A stretch of 64,000 nucleotides of DNA from Thermoleophilia bacterium (GTDB taxonomy: Bacteria > Actinomycetota > Thermoleophilia > RBG-16-64-13): positions 1,878,822 through 1,942,821 of the forward strand of contig JAOSKU010000001.1 of the NCBI GenBank assembly GCA_027493445.1. The letters run 5' to 3'. Both the position numbers and the translations under genes were made by a program. The notes beneath the pieces are model-generated. The model saw nothing but the letters and a program-made list of their open reading frames with translations, was not told where the DNA came from and made no database searches. Shown one piece after another: positions 1-10,246 of this stretch; position 1 is the stretch's first letter, and each line of letters opens with the position of its first letter.

Positions 1-438
1 GCCAAGGAGAAACATCGGCGTAGCGTCGGCCGCTGCCCGTGCCGTCGCTGCTTCCAAAAGGTCAGGCCCGGGCGACCTGCCCAACGAACCCAAGCCGAGG
101 AGCTGGGCCCCGAATGCCAGCGGCGCCCCGTCAGGCAACCCGGTCGTCGTCTCTGCTTCCAGTGTGGCCGCGTAGGCCGGCACTCTCCGCCTGAGCATCG
201 CCGAGTGTCCGTTCACGAGCGCGTATACGTGCGCTCTGTGAGCAGCTGCGTCTTCCCAGATGAGGTCGAGTGCACGTCCGATGTCGGCGCGCGACACACG
301 CAAGCCCGCAACGTGAACGGTCTCGTCGCTGAACGCTCGTATGCCGTCGTGTTCGCCGCTGAGCGCTCGGCCATGTCCATGATGCTCTCGCGAGCTAGTC
401 ACAATCGGGCTCCTGGTCGTCTGAAACCCATTTGGCAT
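1..438 (-). CDS. possible 3'-partial hypothetical protein. The open frame runs off the left edge, with a candidate ATG at 438 preceded by AAAGGAAGG
   Basis: The minus frame is stop-free from about 560 to 1 with no recognisable motif. It may be a GC-driven spurious ORF. Confidence 0.2.
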   Translation of the reverse strand, partial: MPNGFQTTRSPIVTSSREHHGHGRALSGEHDGIRAFSDETVHVAGLRVSRADIGRALDLIWEDAAAHRAHVYALVNGHSAMLRRRVPAYAATLEAETTTGLPDGAPLAFGAQLLGLGSLGRSPGPDLLEAATARAAADATPMFLLG

Positions 439-765
439 CCTTCCTTTGCATCCTCGGCGTTCGGCCCATGTCGACCTAGCTCTTGGGCAGGCAGCGGGAC
501 GATTTCGTCATATCGACAAACCGAACACAAGAATCGCCGCGTCACAGAAGAACGCGGCATCTAAGCCTATGACCACAGTCAGACACCTTCGGGAAGGCGT
601 CTGACCTGCTGCTTCGACGGGCGGGTTACCCAAGCCCGTTATCAACCATGGACGAAGAGCGCAAGCTCACTTGGGGTCGAGACGTGTCCACGAGGGATAG
701 CGCCGGTTCACAATAGCAGTGGAAGAGATTGGTGATGACTTGGGCGTCAGGCTGGGGCACGGCTG

Positions 766-1647
766 TCAACTCGCCCGCAATTGATCGCGCAGTGCGCCGC
801 AAATCACTCGTGCGGTGTCCGCCACCACGAAGGCAGGCAGCAGTGCCTTGGGCGCGGAGAGCCAGGCGAAGCGCCAACGGTAGATCAAGCACGCGGGGGA
901 GCGCTTTGAGAAGAACATCCTAAAGAACTGCGTCCGTGACAACGCTTCGGTTCGAATGGACAGCCCCGACGACTCCACATCGGTTGAGACCGACGCTTCA
1001 TATGACATTAGCAGTAGATAGCCCGAGCGCGCTGCGCGTCGTGAGAACTCGTAGTCGGCGGCGTAGTGCGGCAGGCTCCTGGAGTTGAAGAGCCCGAGCT
1101 CGCGAAAACACGCCTCAGGTATCAACGTTCCGCGGCCTGGGAGGAACATCGGAACTGTCTGGCATAGTCCGTTGGCCCGACAGTCGAAGAGGCGCTTTCC
1201 ACCATTCAGCGACCAGCTCTTGGCAGTTAGCCACCTGATCATCGGGCCGCCATCGACGATCGTGTCGGGGGCCCTCAAGTCCACGCAGACCGACCCGACC
1301 AGGGCGGTCCCAACCGACTCCGCAAGATCCACCAGCTTGGCTACATAGTCTGGACTAATGGTAGTATCGTTGTTCAGCGTGAGAACGTAGTCGCCAGGTC
1401 GACACCTATCGAGAACCCACGAGACTCCCATGTTCGTCGCACCTGTCCACCAAAGGCTGCCGTCACCTTTCAGGATGACAACATTCGGAAACTGCGCATG
1501 AACAGCTTGGCTGGTGCCGTCCGTCGAACCGTCATCCACGAGTATGGTTGTTAGCTGTTCAAACCGCTGTTGCCGCAGAGATTCAAGACACCGAATAGTG
1601 TGACCTAGCCGATTGTGGACTGGGATGACGACATACACCTCGCTCAT
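766..1647 (-). CDS. family 2 glycosyltransferase (GT-A fold)
   Basis: N-terminal MSEVYVVIPVHNRL...LESL..Q, then DDGSTDGT, is the canonical GT2 signature. Confidence 0.8.
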   Translation of the reverse strand: MSEVYVVIPVHNRLGHTIRCLESLRQQRFEQLTTILVDDGSTDGTSQAVHAQFPNVVILKGDGSLWWTGATNMGVSWVLDRCRPGDYVLTLNNDTTISPDYVAKLVDLAESVGTALVGSVCVDLRAPDTIVDGGPMIRWLTAKSWSLNGGKRLFDCRANGLCQTVPMFLPGRGTLIPEACFRELGLFNSRSLPHYAADYEFSRRAARSGYLLLMSYEASVSTDVESSGLSIRTEALSRTQFFRMFFSKRSPACLIYRWRFAWLSAPKALLPAFVVADTARVICGALRDQLRAS

Positions 1648-3122
1648 ACCGATATCTCGGTTGGAACGCGAGTACGATTGTCGGCTCCACGGCTCGAGGT
1701 CACGACAGGCCGTCGAGCGCTGGCGTCACGACGCGTGAGATTCGCCCGGATTGCTCCCGCCAGACAGATGCCAACCAAGGTGAGCGAGTAGGGCTCGAAT
1801 GCATAGGCCACCCCGAATCCAGCGGATGCCCCCAAAGCAGCGAGCCCAATCTTCGCCAGTTCCGATGTTTTCCCTCCAGCCTCAACGCGGCTGGCCGAAG
1901 ACTTTGCTGAGCGCTGACAGGCAATCCATGCCTCTAGTCCTAGCCACAAGAGCAGCACCATGCCCACCAAGCCAAGGTGGACGAGTACCATCACGTACTG
2001 ACTATGCGGGAAGAGTTCTACTGTAGTGTTCATTTCAGGAACATAGGTGGCCCAATAGAGGCCAAGACCACGTCCAGCCAAGGGTGACGCGTAGAAGTAG
2101 TGAAGCGACGCCCTCCAAACCTGTTCGCGCCACATCGCAGTATCCTGAAGTGTGAGGACGGCATTAGTTCGCTCTCCCACAATACTCCATACATCTAGAA
2201 CGGTTGTGGCCGCGATTGCGGTAGCTGTAAAACAACCGAGGAGGAGCAGTCCGAGCCGTCGCACGATAGTTTTCAATCTGGAATCCAGGACCCAAAGGAT
2301 CCCAATTGCGACGATAGCGGCAAGCCATACTGAGCGGTGGGCATCGACCACAATTTCCAATCCGCCCAGCACGGTCAAAGGATAAAGAAGCATCTTTGGC
2401 CACAACACCCATGACCGGCAATACCATAGGGTGAGCAACCCAAGCAAGATTCCGAGTGACACGATGGCTGGAAATATGCGATGGGCTGGGCCAAATGTCC
2501 ATCCGTTCAGGTAAAGGACGGTAGGGGCTAACGCGATTGGCACCGCCACGGCAATGAAAGTGAACATCTTCATTGCTGCTTTAACCGTTCGGTCTCCATC
2601 CAAAGCAAGCACGAGGCATAGGGGAGCCGCAAGAACCAAATACCGGAAGCGTAATTCACCCGGAGCTGATATTCCTACAGCTGGAATATTCCGGATAGTT
2701 TCCAAGAATAACCATGAGGAGAAAGCCACTGTGGGAGCAAGAAGACGTCCCATCAGGAGGCGGGCTCTAATACTCCTCATGCGGAGCAGTGCCGCAACTA
2801 GCATCCCAGACATAACTGCATCCTGGAAACTGACCCCACCTCCAATGAGCAACGCATTAGGTTCAAATCCAGGTGTCATCTGGAAGATCGAATATCCGCC
2901 CATAGACAACAAGAGGAAAGCGACCGAGATCAATGGCCACCGGAAAGCAAGCCATGTGGCCGCCACCAAGCCAACTCCACCGTACACTACAAGAAGATGA
3001 CTGCCAAAGCCAATCATCCAACCGGCGAGCCAGACAATAAGAATACCGACGCAACTGAGTACTAGTCGGATTGTCATCCCACTCCGGTTGGAAGCAAGTC
3101 CTACATCGTTACTTCTGGTCAC
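1644..3122 (-). CDS. wzy: O-antigen polymerase/ligase-like polytopic membrane protein (Wzy type)
   Basis: 492 aa with at least 10 hydrophobic helices and a large loop. It lies within the glycan cluster and overlaps its neighbours by 4 bp. Confidence 0.6.
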   Translation of the reverse strand: MTRSNDVGLASNRSGMTIRLVLSCVGILIVWLAGWMIGFGSHLLVVYGGVGLVAATWLAFRWPLISVAFLLLSMGGYSIFQMTPGFEPNALLIGGGVSFQDAVMSGMLVAALLRMRSIRARLLMGRLLAPTVAFSSWLFLETIRNIPAVGISAPGELRFRYLVLAAPLCLVLALDGDRTVKAAMKMFTFIAVAVPIALAPTVLYLNGWTFGPAHRIFPAIVSLGILLGLLTLWYCRSWVLWPKMLLYPLTVLGGLEIVVDAHRSVWLAAIVAIGILWVLDSRLKTIVRRLGLLLLGCFTATAIAATTVLDVWSIVGERTNAVLTLQDTAMWREQVWRASLHYFYASPLAGRGLGLYWATYVPEMNTTVELFPHSQYVMVLVHLGLVGMVLLLWLGLEAWIACQRSAKSSASRVEAGGKTSELAKIGLAALGASAGFGVAYAFEPYSLTLVGICLAGAIRANLTRRDASARRPVVTSSRGADNRTRVPTEISV

Positions 3123-3730
3123 TTCTCGTACCTTTGCGCTCCTCTTCTGACAGCTCCAACAACGCGTGCCGGACTCCCTGCCACGATTGAACGGGCTGGA
3201 ACAGCCGAGGTCACAACCGCCCCAGCACCGACGACCGCACCCTCGCCCACATGCACTCCTTTGAGTATGATCGCACGCATTCCGACAAACACGTCGTTCT
3301 CAATGACCACCTCAGCAGCGAGTACGCCCCGCGTCTCATGCCGTCGCGGCACTATATGAACAGGGTGCAAGTCGGTGTCGGTGATCACGGAATCGGCGCC
3401 GAGCATAACTCGGTCACCGATGGTGACAGAGGACGCACAACAGACGGACGCCCCGCTCATGCCTACGTCGTCGCCGATCAAGATCGTGGCCCCTGGCTGC
3501 AACGCATCAATGACGCACGCGTGGGCTACACCCACCGCGGAGTACGTGCTTTCGGAGATCAAAACGAGGTTTCGCCCGGCGTGCACGTGAGCCCCTTTGA
3601 CACAACGCAGTATTGGCCAGCCATAAACCGAGACCCCGTTCCCAAAGGTGAATCCTTTCCTGCGTCTGACCAATGCAGACTGCACCCAGCGGGTCACCCG
3701 CCGTGCTCCTCGTATCCTATACAAAATCAC
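3119..3730 (-). CDS. hexapeptide-repeat (left-handed beta-helix) sugar O-/N-acetyltransferase
   Basis: Repeated [LIV]G..x..[LIV] hexapeptides (IGDDVGMSGASV, IGDRVMLGADSV, IENDVFVGMRAIILKGVHVGEGAVVGAGAVV). Confidence 0.7.
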   Translation of the reverse strand: MILYRIRGARRVTRWVQSALVRRRKGFTFGNGVSVYGWPILRCVKGAHVHAGRNLVLISESTYSAVGVAHACVIDALQPGATILIGDDVGMSGASVCCASSVTIGDRVMLGADSVITDTDLHPVHIVPRRHETRGVLAAEVVIENDVFVGMRAIILKGVHVGEGAVVGAGAVVTSAVPARSIVAGSPARVVGAVRRGAQRYEK

Positions 3731-4929
3731 GCTCTTGCTCTCTCGATGACGGCATCGGCGGTCCGAAGAATTCCTTCCCAGTAAGTTTCCAACTCTGGGA
3801 TCACTCGGTCTTCGCTGTAGCGCTCAAGATACCTCTGCTGTGCGTTTTCGCAGCGACGTCTCGTCTCGGCGTGATCGGTCAAAGCGGCCGCAAGGGTACG
3901 CTCGACTTCTGCCGCATTCCGAACGTCGCACAAATACCCGCACCTTCCTCCATCCAGGAGATCGGGGACATTGCCGCTTGAGCACCCAGCAACCACCGGC
4001 GTATTCGCTGCCATCGCCTCGAGAATCGTCATTCCAAAGGACTCCTCCAGGGCGGGGTGCACCATGAGCGTTGCAGTCGCGATCTCCGCCAAAGCACGAT
4101 CGTACGGAACCACTCCGAGGAATCTCACTCCATCAGCGAGGGCGTTCTCTCGGGCGAAGGATTCCGCAGCCTCCCCCGGCCCCATATCGTGGCCCACAAG
4201 GTGATACTCAGACGCGAGACCGCGTCGTCTCAGAGCGCCGAACGCACGAAGGCCCATGCTCACGTTCTTCCAGCCGTCGAATCCGTCCGAAACCGTTACC
4301 ACGCAGCCCTTGCGGCGCTTCGTGGGCCCGCCGTCGCGCACACCGGTGGCAACTGGCAAGAAGTTGGGAATCACCTGCATGTCACGCCCATGACGTCCAA
4401 ATGCCCTTTTCAGGTATTCCGAGTTCGCGACTCGGTGCTTGGCGCGCGTCGAAACATAGGCGCTGAGCAACCAGCGCAAGAACCTATAGGCGTCTCGCTT
4501 GTGCTTCAGGATCGTCCAGGCATGATCGTGGTAGTGAACAACGGTGGGCACACCAGAATCCAGCGCCGCTAGCGCGAACTCGTAGGACCACATGGCGTGA
4601 ACAAGATCGCACGGGTGCTGTGCCATCAGCGAGTTCAGCCACTGCCTCTCTTGCGCGAAAAAAGACACTGCAGACCTTGGGCGATAACGAGGAGCGACGC
4701 ACACGACCAGACGGCCCTGATCGATTACTGCAGGGCTCTCGACACCTTGAGACGTGGTATACAGGACGACGCTGTGCCCGCGCCGCAGCAGAGCGTTCAC
4801 GAAGTGCGATACTATCGGCGCTGGATAGCCCTCGGGAAGGACCGCCGGACGTCCACCTGGGTAATCCAGAAGATCCAGACTCATCGGTCCCGCAATGCCA
4901 ACGTTCAAAGTGTGCTCCGCGAGATCCAA
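3727..4929 (-). CDS. family 1 (GT4) glycosyltransferase
   Basis: C-terminal EESFGMTILEAMAANTPVVA motif (E-x7-E, GT-B fold). Confidence 0.8.
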   Translation of the reverse strand: MDLAEHTLNVGIAGPMSLDLLDYPGGRPAVLPEGYPAPIVSHFVNALLRRGHSVVLYTTSQGVESPAVIDQGRLVVCVAPRYRPRSAVSFFAQERQWLNSLMAQHPCDLVHAMWSYEFALAALDSGVPTVVHYHDHAWTILKHKRDAYRFLRWLLSAYVSTRAKHRVANSEYLKRAFGRHGRDMQVIPNFLPVATGVRDGGPTKRRKGCVVTVSDGFDGWKNVSMGLRAFGALRRRGLASEYHLVGHDMGPGEAAESFARENALADGVRFLGVVPYDRALAEIATATLMVHPALEESFGMTILEAMAANTPVVAGCSSGNVPDLLDGGRCGYLCDVRNAAEVERTLAAALTDHAETRRRCENAQQRYLERYSEDRVIPELETYWEGILRTADAVIERARA

Positions 4930-6017
4930 GGGTTCGGCACGGGGCGCACCGCCACGCCTTGGGTCTCTGCATCGGCGTGCGCCGCAAGGACATCTAACAT
5001 GTATATGAGAGTGCGATACGTAGTGAATCCACTCACTGCGATATTCCGGGCACGCTCGGCACGCTCTAGTGCAGCGTCAGGGTCCGCGGAGACCGCGAGG
5101 AACTGTTTCCAAGCCGTGTCCAGGTCGCGATACCAAAAGACTCCGGCGTCTGAGCCGAATACCTCGTCGTAGCCTTCGCCCTGGTAGTAGATTGACGGCC
5201 GTGCACTTGCCATGGCAATCGGTAGCCGGTCGGAAAAGTAATATCGCGTGAACCAGTTGTTGCACCCCAGTGAGGCAATCCCTAAGCCGTAAGCCTCCGC
5301 TTGCTTCTCGTAGTCAACCGGCCCTTGGGCACTCGCGCCTGTCCAACCGTGCCCAAAAACCGCGAATCGATTCCCAAGGCGTCGCTCGAACATGCGCACG
5401 AGTTTCCGACGCAGGATCGCGCCAGGCATGTCTTTGAACGGCAGCCGACTGCTGATTCGATTACCGATCATGACCAGGTCCCAATCGTATTCACTCCGCG
5501 CCGGCTGTGCGACGAATCGATCGTCGGTGCTCGCCGGGACATACCGGACATCCTCGCAACCAGCGCGATGGAGCAAGCCGACAAGCAGACCATCGCCTTG
5601 GACAAACGCGACATCGGAAACCGAGCAGAGCGCCAAGCACTCGCCTGGAAATGGGTTTCGATACGGGTGATACCAGTCCCCATCCCAGTAGCCGATGGCT
5701 GCCACCCCAACAGAGCGCAGGCGTGCGGCACAATTCGCAGCCGAATGAAGCCCCTGCGTGTGAGCCCACAGCACGATGTCCGCTCTCACTTCGTGCGCCC
5801 CTGCCACTACTTCGTCCGCTATCTCGTCGACAGTCAAACTCGAGTTCAAACGAGCAAGATACGGCACAACGCAGAATGATTCGACGATGCCTTCCTGCTG
5901 AAGACGCTCGAGGGCGTGGTACCAGTCGACAGCAGCCATGGGCCGCGACTCGTTGAGGACTAGCACCAACCGATGCTTGGATGAACCAACGGCCACGCCC
6001 GGAGGGCCGCCCATCAC
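4905..6017 (-). CDS. CgeB-like / DUF3880-type glycosyltransferase-like protein
   Basis: Resembles the CgeB family (spore-maturation / GT1-like). Family assignment is tentative. Confidence 0.4.
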   Translation of the reverse strand: MMGGPPGVAVGSSKHRLVLVLNESRPMAAVDWYHALERLQQEGIVESFCVVPYLARLNSSLTVDEIADEVVAGAHEVRADIVLWAHTQGLHSAANCAARLRSVGVAAIGYWDGDWYHPYRNPFPGECLALCSVSDVAFVQGDGLLVGLLHRAGCEDVRYVPASTDDRFVAQPARSEYDWDLVMIGNRISSRLPFKDMPGAILRRKLVRMFERRLGNRFAVFGHGWTGASAQGPVDYEKQAEAYGLGIASLGCNNWFTRYYFSDRLPIAMASARPSIYYQGEGYDEVFGSDAGVFWYRDLDTAWKQFLAVSADPDAALERAERARNIAVSGFTTYRTLIYMLDVLAAHADAETQGVAVRPVPNPWISRSTL

Positions 6018-6811
6018 AGCGACCTCAATCGCCCGAGGGCGCGCGTCAGCAAGGGCGCGCGGCGAGCATCGAGGTCTTCGTCGGGCGACCAGAATCCTCG
6101 TTTCGAGTAGTCGACAGTGATCCTATGTCGCTCGAAGAGATCGACTACCACATCGCGGTTCCAACGTCCTTTCACAATGCCCGTTGGCGTGTATGGAATC
6201 ATCTGGCCGATCTCGTCGTTGAACGCATCCCGGTTCAGGCAATAGATAGTACCGCCGAGACGAGACGCGCGTTTGGATCCCCATACCTCGAACTGCCAGG
6301 GCGTTTCGTGAGAGCGCAGGTACTTCAGCAATGCCACCTTCTTCCAAACCGCTGCCTGGAGCGTTAGGCGATATGCAGCGTTGCGGTCGACCTCCCAGAA
6401 CAGAGGGTCGTCCGTTGGACTCCACGGGCCGGAACCCCCGCATTCCATGAGCCGGACGCACTCGATTGGCTCGCGGTTCATGGCCTCGACGGCACGCTCC
6501 AATACATCTGTGCGTACGGGTCCGTTGAGGAAATAGTCATCCTGTAGGTAGACAATCAGGTCGGTCTCTATAGTGCTGAGTGCTCTCCTTACGGACTCTC
6601 CCCAAGCCAAGTGTTTTGGACTGCCGACGCCCACCCGGGTTGTCCGGATCGCCAATCCTTCCAAACAGAAGTCGCGCGTCTCCGTGTTCAGGACGATCAA
6701 GGGATAAGGAGGAGGCCAGTAGGCCTTTAGCAGCGTGAAGAAGGGTGGCCAGGTGTCGGAGAAAGAATCAGTGCTGTTGACAAACATGGTGTAGGCCGTT
6801 GTCTCTGACAT
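6014..6811 (-). CDS. hypothetical glycan-cluster protein with a DxD-like motif (QDDYFL), possibly a glycosyltransferase
   Basis: Good SD (GGGAGAGG) 7 nt before the ATG at 6811. The ORF extends to 6868 but that start lacks an SD. Confidence 0.4.
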   Translation of the reverse strand: MSETTAYTMFVNSTDSFSDTWPPFFTLLKAYWPPPYPLIVLNTETRDFCLEGLAIRTTRVGVGSPKHLAWGESVRRALSTIETDLIVYLQDDYFLNGPVRTDVLERAVEAMNREPIECVRLMECGGSGPWSPTDDPLFWEVDRNAAYRLTLQAAVWKKVALLKYLRSHETPWQFEVWGSKRASRLGGTIYCLNRDAFNDEIGQMIPYTPTGIVKGRWNRDVVVDLFERHRITVDYSKRGFWSPDEDLDARRAPLLTRALGRLRSL

Positions 6812-7373
6812 CAGACACCTCTCCCGGGCTGAATGTCTCCCGACCGAGGTGTGCGCACAACCCGGCAAGGATTCCCTGAGTCAAACACGTCTCATGGGGC
6901 ACGGCAGGCTACTGCCCTTCCCGTGCCTCCGATGCTCCCTCCCCCGGTGGGCAACGCTGACAGTGCCGTCACTTCGTCGTCGCGCACACCGCCTTGATCA
7001 CAGTGCATGGAATCCAAGTGTACCGAAGTCATCGGCGTCATCAATACTGGTAACTGCCGTTTTTCCAAAGCAACAGGCTCGCCGGAGTTGCAGGGCCCGC
7101 ACCTAAGACCTATGTGTCCCAAGGGCTAGCGCCCTCTCCGCACGAAAGTCGAGCCGACCAGACACTCGAAGCCAGATCTGGGCTGCGCCATGAGTGGGCA
7201 GCTGGATGGCGCTCCTGAGCATCGGCGCAATCGTGCGACGACCGAGCCCCCCGGTTAGCAGCCAAGGGCGCGACGTTGCGAGCATCCTTGGACCCTCCGG
7301 CCGATGCTTGGCTCCACGCTAACCATGACCTGCCACAGAGTGAGTCAACGAAACGCTTCGACGGGTATGGCAC

Positions 7374-9002
7374 TCACTCGGCTCCTTCTTCGACGGGACA
7401 CAGCCATGCCCTGTTACGCCTTGCGTACCATCTCATGAGGCGGCTCCCGCCCTCGTACATGCCGGGGCCGTACAGCCGGGAGTATAGACCCGAGAACTCC
7501 TTCTTCAGAAGCGGAGTAGGCGCAACGAGCGCTAGCCCGGCAACGGGGAGAAACCCCGCGAGAACCTCAACCAGCAGAACCGCAATCGCCGGAATGCCCA
7601 GTGCCTTCGCGCCCGCGTTCATCGGGACCCCGAGCGCTGCGACCATGATGCCTGCGAGGAGCATCACTCGATGCCTTCTGGCGAAAGCGCCCCGCGGCGA
7701 ATTCAGAATCTGGCGCGTGAGTAGCACGCATGCGAGCCAGTACGCTGCCTCGACCGCGCAGTATGCTGCAGCCACTCCGGACACTCCGTACGGGAGCGCG
7801 AGTGCCACCAATCCAACACCTACTACAAGGTACGCGACGTTCATCAGCAGTTTGGCGGTAAGCCGCGCGACAGAGTCAAACAAAACGCCCATCATGTGGG
7901 ACAGGAAAGTGAACGGCGCCGCGAGAGACATGAGGCGTAGCAGCGGCACGGCGGGCAGCCATTGCTGACCTAGCAGTACGGTGATTACTTCGCGCGCCGA
8001 CACGGCGACCATCACTGACAGAGGCACGGCGATAAGACCAGCAATCGAGTAGCTCGACAGGAAGGCGCCCCGCAGGCGTGATTGATCGTCTTGAACTGAG
8101 CTGAACGAAGGGAACAAGACCCGCGTCAATCCGGTGACGAGCTTCTCGGTTGAGTAGTTTGCCAAACGCTGGGCATTCGAGAAGTATCCTAAGGTTGAGG
8201 CTCCCAAGAATCTGCCTATCGCCACCGGCCCAATCGAGTAGCCGAGGAACTCAAAGAAGCTGATGACGGAAACGCGCCCTCCATAGCCGATCAAGGTGCG
8301 GTATCTCGATCCATCCATGCAAATGCCAATAGGGTGACGTACCGCGTTGTAGTTGAGGACTGCGGCTATCGCTGACTGGGATAGTAAGCCGAATACCACG
8401 CTCCAGACCCCATAGCCGAGTGCGGCAAGGGCCACACTCAAGGCACCGTACCCAATCAAATAGGAGAGCAACTCGTTCACCGCCAACCTGCGGAACGCTA
8501 ACCTTCTGCGCAGAAGGCTGGTTGACGTAACGGACAGGCCATCCAAGAGGAACATCAAGCTTACGACGCGAACCACTGACCCCGCAGCACGATCGTGGTA
8601 TACCAACCACGCCACCGATGGCCCGGCAAGCCAGAAGAAGACACTGAAGACAGCTCCAAGCGCGACGGCGACGGTTTGTGAAGCCAGGATGTCCTGATCG
8701 TAGATTCTTAGGCGCTGGACGAGCGCCGATCCCACGCCCATCTGCGCAAAGTACGACCCGAACCGAATGACCACGCCCGACATTGCCACAAGGCCAAATG
8801 CTTCGGGGCCAAGCAGCCGAGCCAGCGCGGCCGTCAGCCCAACCGCAGCTATTACGGATATTGCCGAAGAGGTATATGCCCATTTCACGCCCGAGAGCGC
8901 GCTCAAGGTCAGCGCTGAGCTCGCGCCGGTGTGCGGCTCGATTCCGGGCTCCCCGCGATTGCCCCCGCTATCGCGGTTTGCCACTGATGGGTCCTTCAGC
9001 AT
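7374..9002 (-). CDS. wzx: oligosaccharide/polysaccharide flippase (Wzx, MATE-like MOP superfamily)
   Basis: 542 aa and polytopic. The N-terminus LSGVKWAYTSSAISVIAAVGLTAALARLLGPEAFGLVAM matches the Wzx N-terminal signature. Confidence 0.7.
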   Translation of the reverse strand: MLKDPSVANRDSGGNRGEPGIEPHTGASSALTLSALSGVKWAYTSSAISVIAAVGLTAALARLLGPEAFGLVAMSGVVIRFGSYFAQMGVGSALVQRLRIYDQDILASQTVAVALGAVFSVFFWLAGPSVAWLVYHDRAAGSVVRVVSLMFLLDGLSVTSTSLLRRRLAFRRLAVNELLSYLIGYGALSVALAALGYGVWSVVFGLLSQSAIAAVLNYNAVRHPIGICMDGSRYRTLIGYGGRVSVISFFEFLGYSIGPVAIGRFLGASTLGYFSNAQRLANYSTEKLVTGLTRVLFPSFSSVQDDQSRLRGAFLSSYSIAGLIAVPLSVMVAVSAREVITVLLGQQWLPAVPLLRLMSLAAPFTFLSHMMGVLFDSVARLTAKLLMNVAYLVVGVGLVALALPYGVSGVAAAYCAVEAAYWLACVLLTRQILNSPRGAFARRHRVMLLAGIMVAALGVPMNAGAKALGIPAIAVLLVEVLAGFLPVAGLALVAPTPLLKKEFSGLYSRLYGPGMYEGGSRLMRWYARRNRAWLCPVEEGAE

Positions 9003-9829
9003 GCGGGAGAGGAGGTAGGGCCTCGGAATAGGAAGAAACCGCAGCCGTACTCAAGCGCCCTTGCGTCCCCTAGGCTCGCGTGCTCACGAAATGCACCTCC
9101 GTCGTCAACGAACGAAAACTCCATCAGCTCGCAGCCGGCGAACATCGCGACAACGGTCGCCGGATCGAATACTCGATGCGCGTTGAATACCACGCGCTCG
9201 CGGCCGACCGGGCAGCTCACGAAGAGATCGCCCCCGGGGGCTAGGACGCGGGACAGCTCTGCTGCGGCCTTTCGCGATCCGTCGGGGTCGATTAGGTCGC
9301 CATATCGGCCGAGCCCAATATGCTCGATCACATGGAGGCAGCTCAGTGATGTCACCGAACCCGTTTCGAGCGGCAGCGCACACAAGTCGCCAAAGCGCTG
9401 CTGCAGGTTCGGAACTTCGATGTCGATCGGCCGGATGTCGTAGTAGTCCAGGGGCAGCCAAGCACTCATCATCACGACGAACATGACCTGCGAGCCGACA
9501 TCGACGTGGTGGCCCCGACCCGCGGCTCGGATGCGTCGGGCCGCCCACCACGCCTGCACGACGTAGTGGTGGTCAACCGACTGACTCCCGCAGGACTCGC
9601 CGACCATCGCGCAAACCTCAGCAAGGGGTGCGCTACCTCCGGCTTGGTGGTAGCGCCAAAAGTCGAGCCAGAAGCGCGGGTAATCGGCCATGCGCATCCA
9701 GACCTGCAGATGCGACAACCGCCGCACTACATCCCTCGTTCGACGCGTGTGCGCCGCGACCGCGGGCCAGCGTTTCAATCGGCGAACAAATAAGTCCCGG
9801 GCGTCTGATGCTGCCGAGCGAGACATCAA
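8996..9829 (-). CDS. class I SAM-dependent methyltransferase (DUF268-like)
   Basis: CLHVIEHIGLGRYGD...LAPGGDLFVSCPVGRE matches the DUF268-type methyltransferase core. Confidence 0.6.
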   Translation of the reverse strand: MMSRSAASDARDLFVRRLKRWPAVAAHTRRTRDVVRRLSHLQVWMRMADYPRFWLDFWRYHQAGGSAPLAEVCAMVGESCGSQSVDHHYVVQAWWAARRIRAAGRGHHVDVGSQVMFVVMMSAWLPLDYYDIRPIDIEVPNLQQRFGDLCALPLETGSVTSLSCLHVIEHIGLGRYGDLIDPDGSRKAAAELSRVLAPGGDLFVSCPVGRERVVFNAHRVFDPATVVAMFAGCELMEFSFVDDGGAFREHASLGDARALEYGCGFFLFRGPTSSPAC

Positions 9830-10246
9830 CTACCGCCCGGCAACCACATCGGGGAGCGGCGGCGGCGTGGATGACTTTTCACCCTTATGCCCTGTTTCTT
9901 GCCACGGAACCCCAGCTGCTGGCACAGCTTGTCGTCGCTGGGCGGCTTTGGCGACATATTCAGCGGTCTCCACGGAGACCTGCTCGCGGGATTGCACCGC
10001 CAGCTCGTAGCTTTCGTCCGAGTGAGTCTCACTCACGATGCGGATGAGGCTAGTGTCGTGGGTCATGTGCCCGCAGCGCGCGAAAAAGCGCATACCCAAG
10101 TTCCGAGAACCGCAAATCAACGCCGATCGCGTATCCCCTTTCGAGAGGAGCTCAGGGAGGTAGTCTGCCTGCCGTCCGGTGATGCCGGCGATGCGTGCAG
10201 TTTTGAGCCCTCGGCCTGGTGCTTGTAGGTCATACGCAAGCCCTGC
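9830..10246 (-). pseudogene. gmd: GDP-mannose 4,6-dehydratase (gmd) N-terminal remnant, with no start codon and truncated after about 130 aa
   Basis: KTARIAGITGRQADYLPELLSKG...LIRIVSE..SDESYELAVQSREQVSVETAEY parallels the Gmd motifs ITGITGQDGSYLAELLLEKG, NLIRI..E.QPDEIYNLAAQSHVQVSFE.PEY. The frame has no ATG and ends after 96-130 codons. Confidence 0.55.

Noticed and set aside
205-564. 119-aa plus-strand ORF containing a zinc-knuckle-like CFQCGRVGRH string
   Set aside because: It has no family resemblance. It lies antisense to a longer stop-free minus-strand frame and has typical high-GC spurious-ORF composition.
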